Assembly (NCBI GenBank): GCA_028286825.1
Contig: JAQBQV010000011.1
Location: 12,920-76,919, forward strand
From: Parcubacteria group bacterium
Lineage (GTDB): Bacteria; Patescibacteriota; Minisyncoccia; Phycocordibacterales; Phycocordibacteraceae
DNA length: 64,000 nt
Reading direction: 5' to 3'
In this document: in pieces, positions 63,914 to 64,000 of the stretch
How the letters are laid out: each line of letters opens with the position of its first letter
How positions within the stretch are numbered: the first letter of the stretch is position 1
The notes under the pieces: model-generated
What the model was told of the DNA's origin: nothing
The model's input: only the letters and a program-made list of their open reading frames with translations
Database searches by the model: none
Program-made: the position numbers and the translations under genes

Positions 63914-64000
63914 CTTAGGATGCCGAGGTAACTGACTTCTTAGCCTTTCGTGGGGCCTTGTGCACGGTCTTTGTGGCGCTCTTGACGCTCTTTCTTGTCT

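Overview
This 64-kb window is bacterial chromosome. Taxon is uncertain; gene content suggests a small-genome, monoderm-like lineage. The first 16.4 kb is a dense housekeeping cluster. It includes greA, an mrdA-mreDCB operon, proS, rseP, frr, a holB-like gene, a second mreB paralogue divergent from murA, def-fmt, a Prx5-type peroxiredoxin, hpf and a PEBP-family gene. A tRNA-Asn(GTT) sits at about 17.2 kb, preceded by a decayed duplicate of its 5' end. Its 3' end is overlapped by a large serine recombinase gene. The following ~7 kb reads as an integrative element, with a RepA/AAA_25-like ATPase, small ORFs and a translationally coupled two-gene module with an HNH-like Cys motif. From about 24.6 to 36 kb there is a striking array of at least 16 single-gene or two-gene cassettes. 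Degenerate copies continue to about 38 kb. Each cassette is bounded by a conserved junction module: an intrinsic terminator, then a TTTTATAC-like tract, then a ~27-nt box (consensus GTTCGAACATCCTCTAsCCAGCGGAGC) that resembles the T-arm/acceptor 3' end of the adjacent tRNA-Asn, then a sigma70-like TTGACA-N17-TATAAT promoter 3-6 nt downstream. The cassette genes are diverse small membrane, secreted, lipoprotein and unknown proteins, plus an orphan PAS-HisKA_2 kinase. Two boxes are split by a ~55-nt insertion that forms a hairpin with compensatory changes. I regard this cassette array as the candidate novel system, possibly integron-like or moron-like and perhaps mobilised by the serine recombinase. 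The remainder (36-64 kb) encodes stress proteins, a SET-domain protein, VOC enzymes, an SPFH protein, an APH-like kinase with a histidine phosphatase, an RND pump with its adaptor, repeat-rich secreted proteins, a hemerythrin, truB, a hybrid histidine kinase, a secreted glycoside hydrolase, an OmpR regulator, an ECF sigma factor, zwf and mltG.
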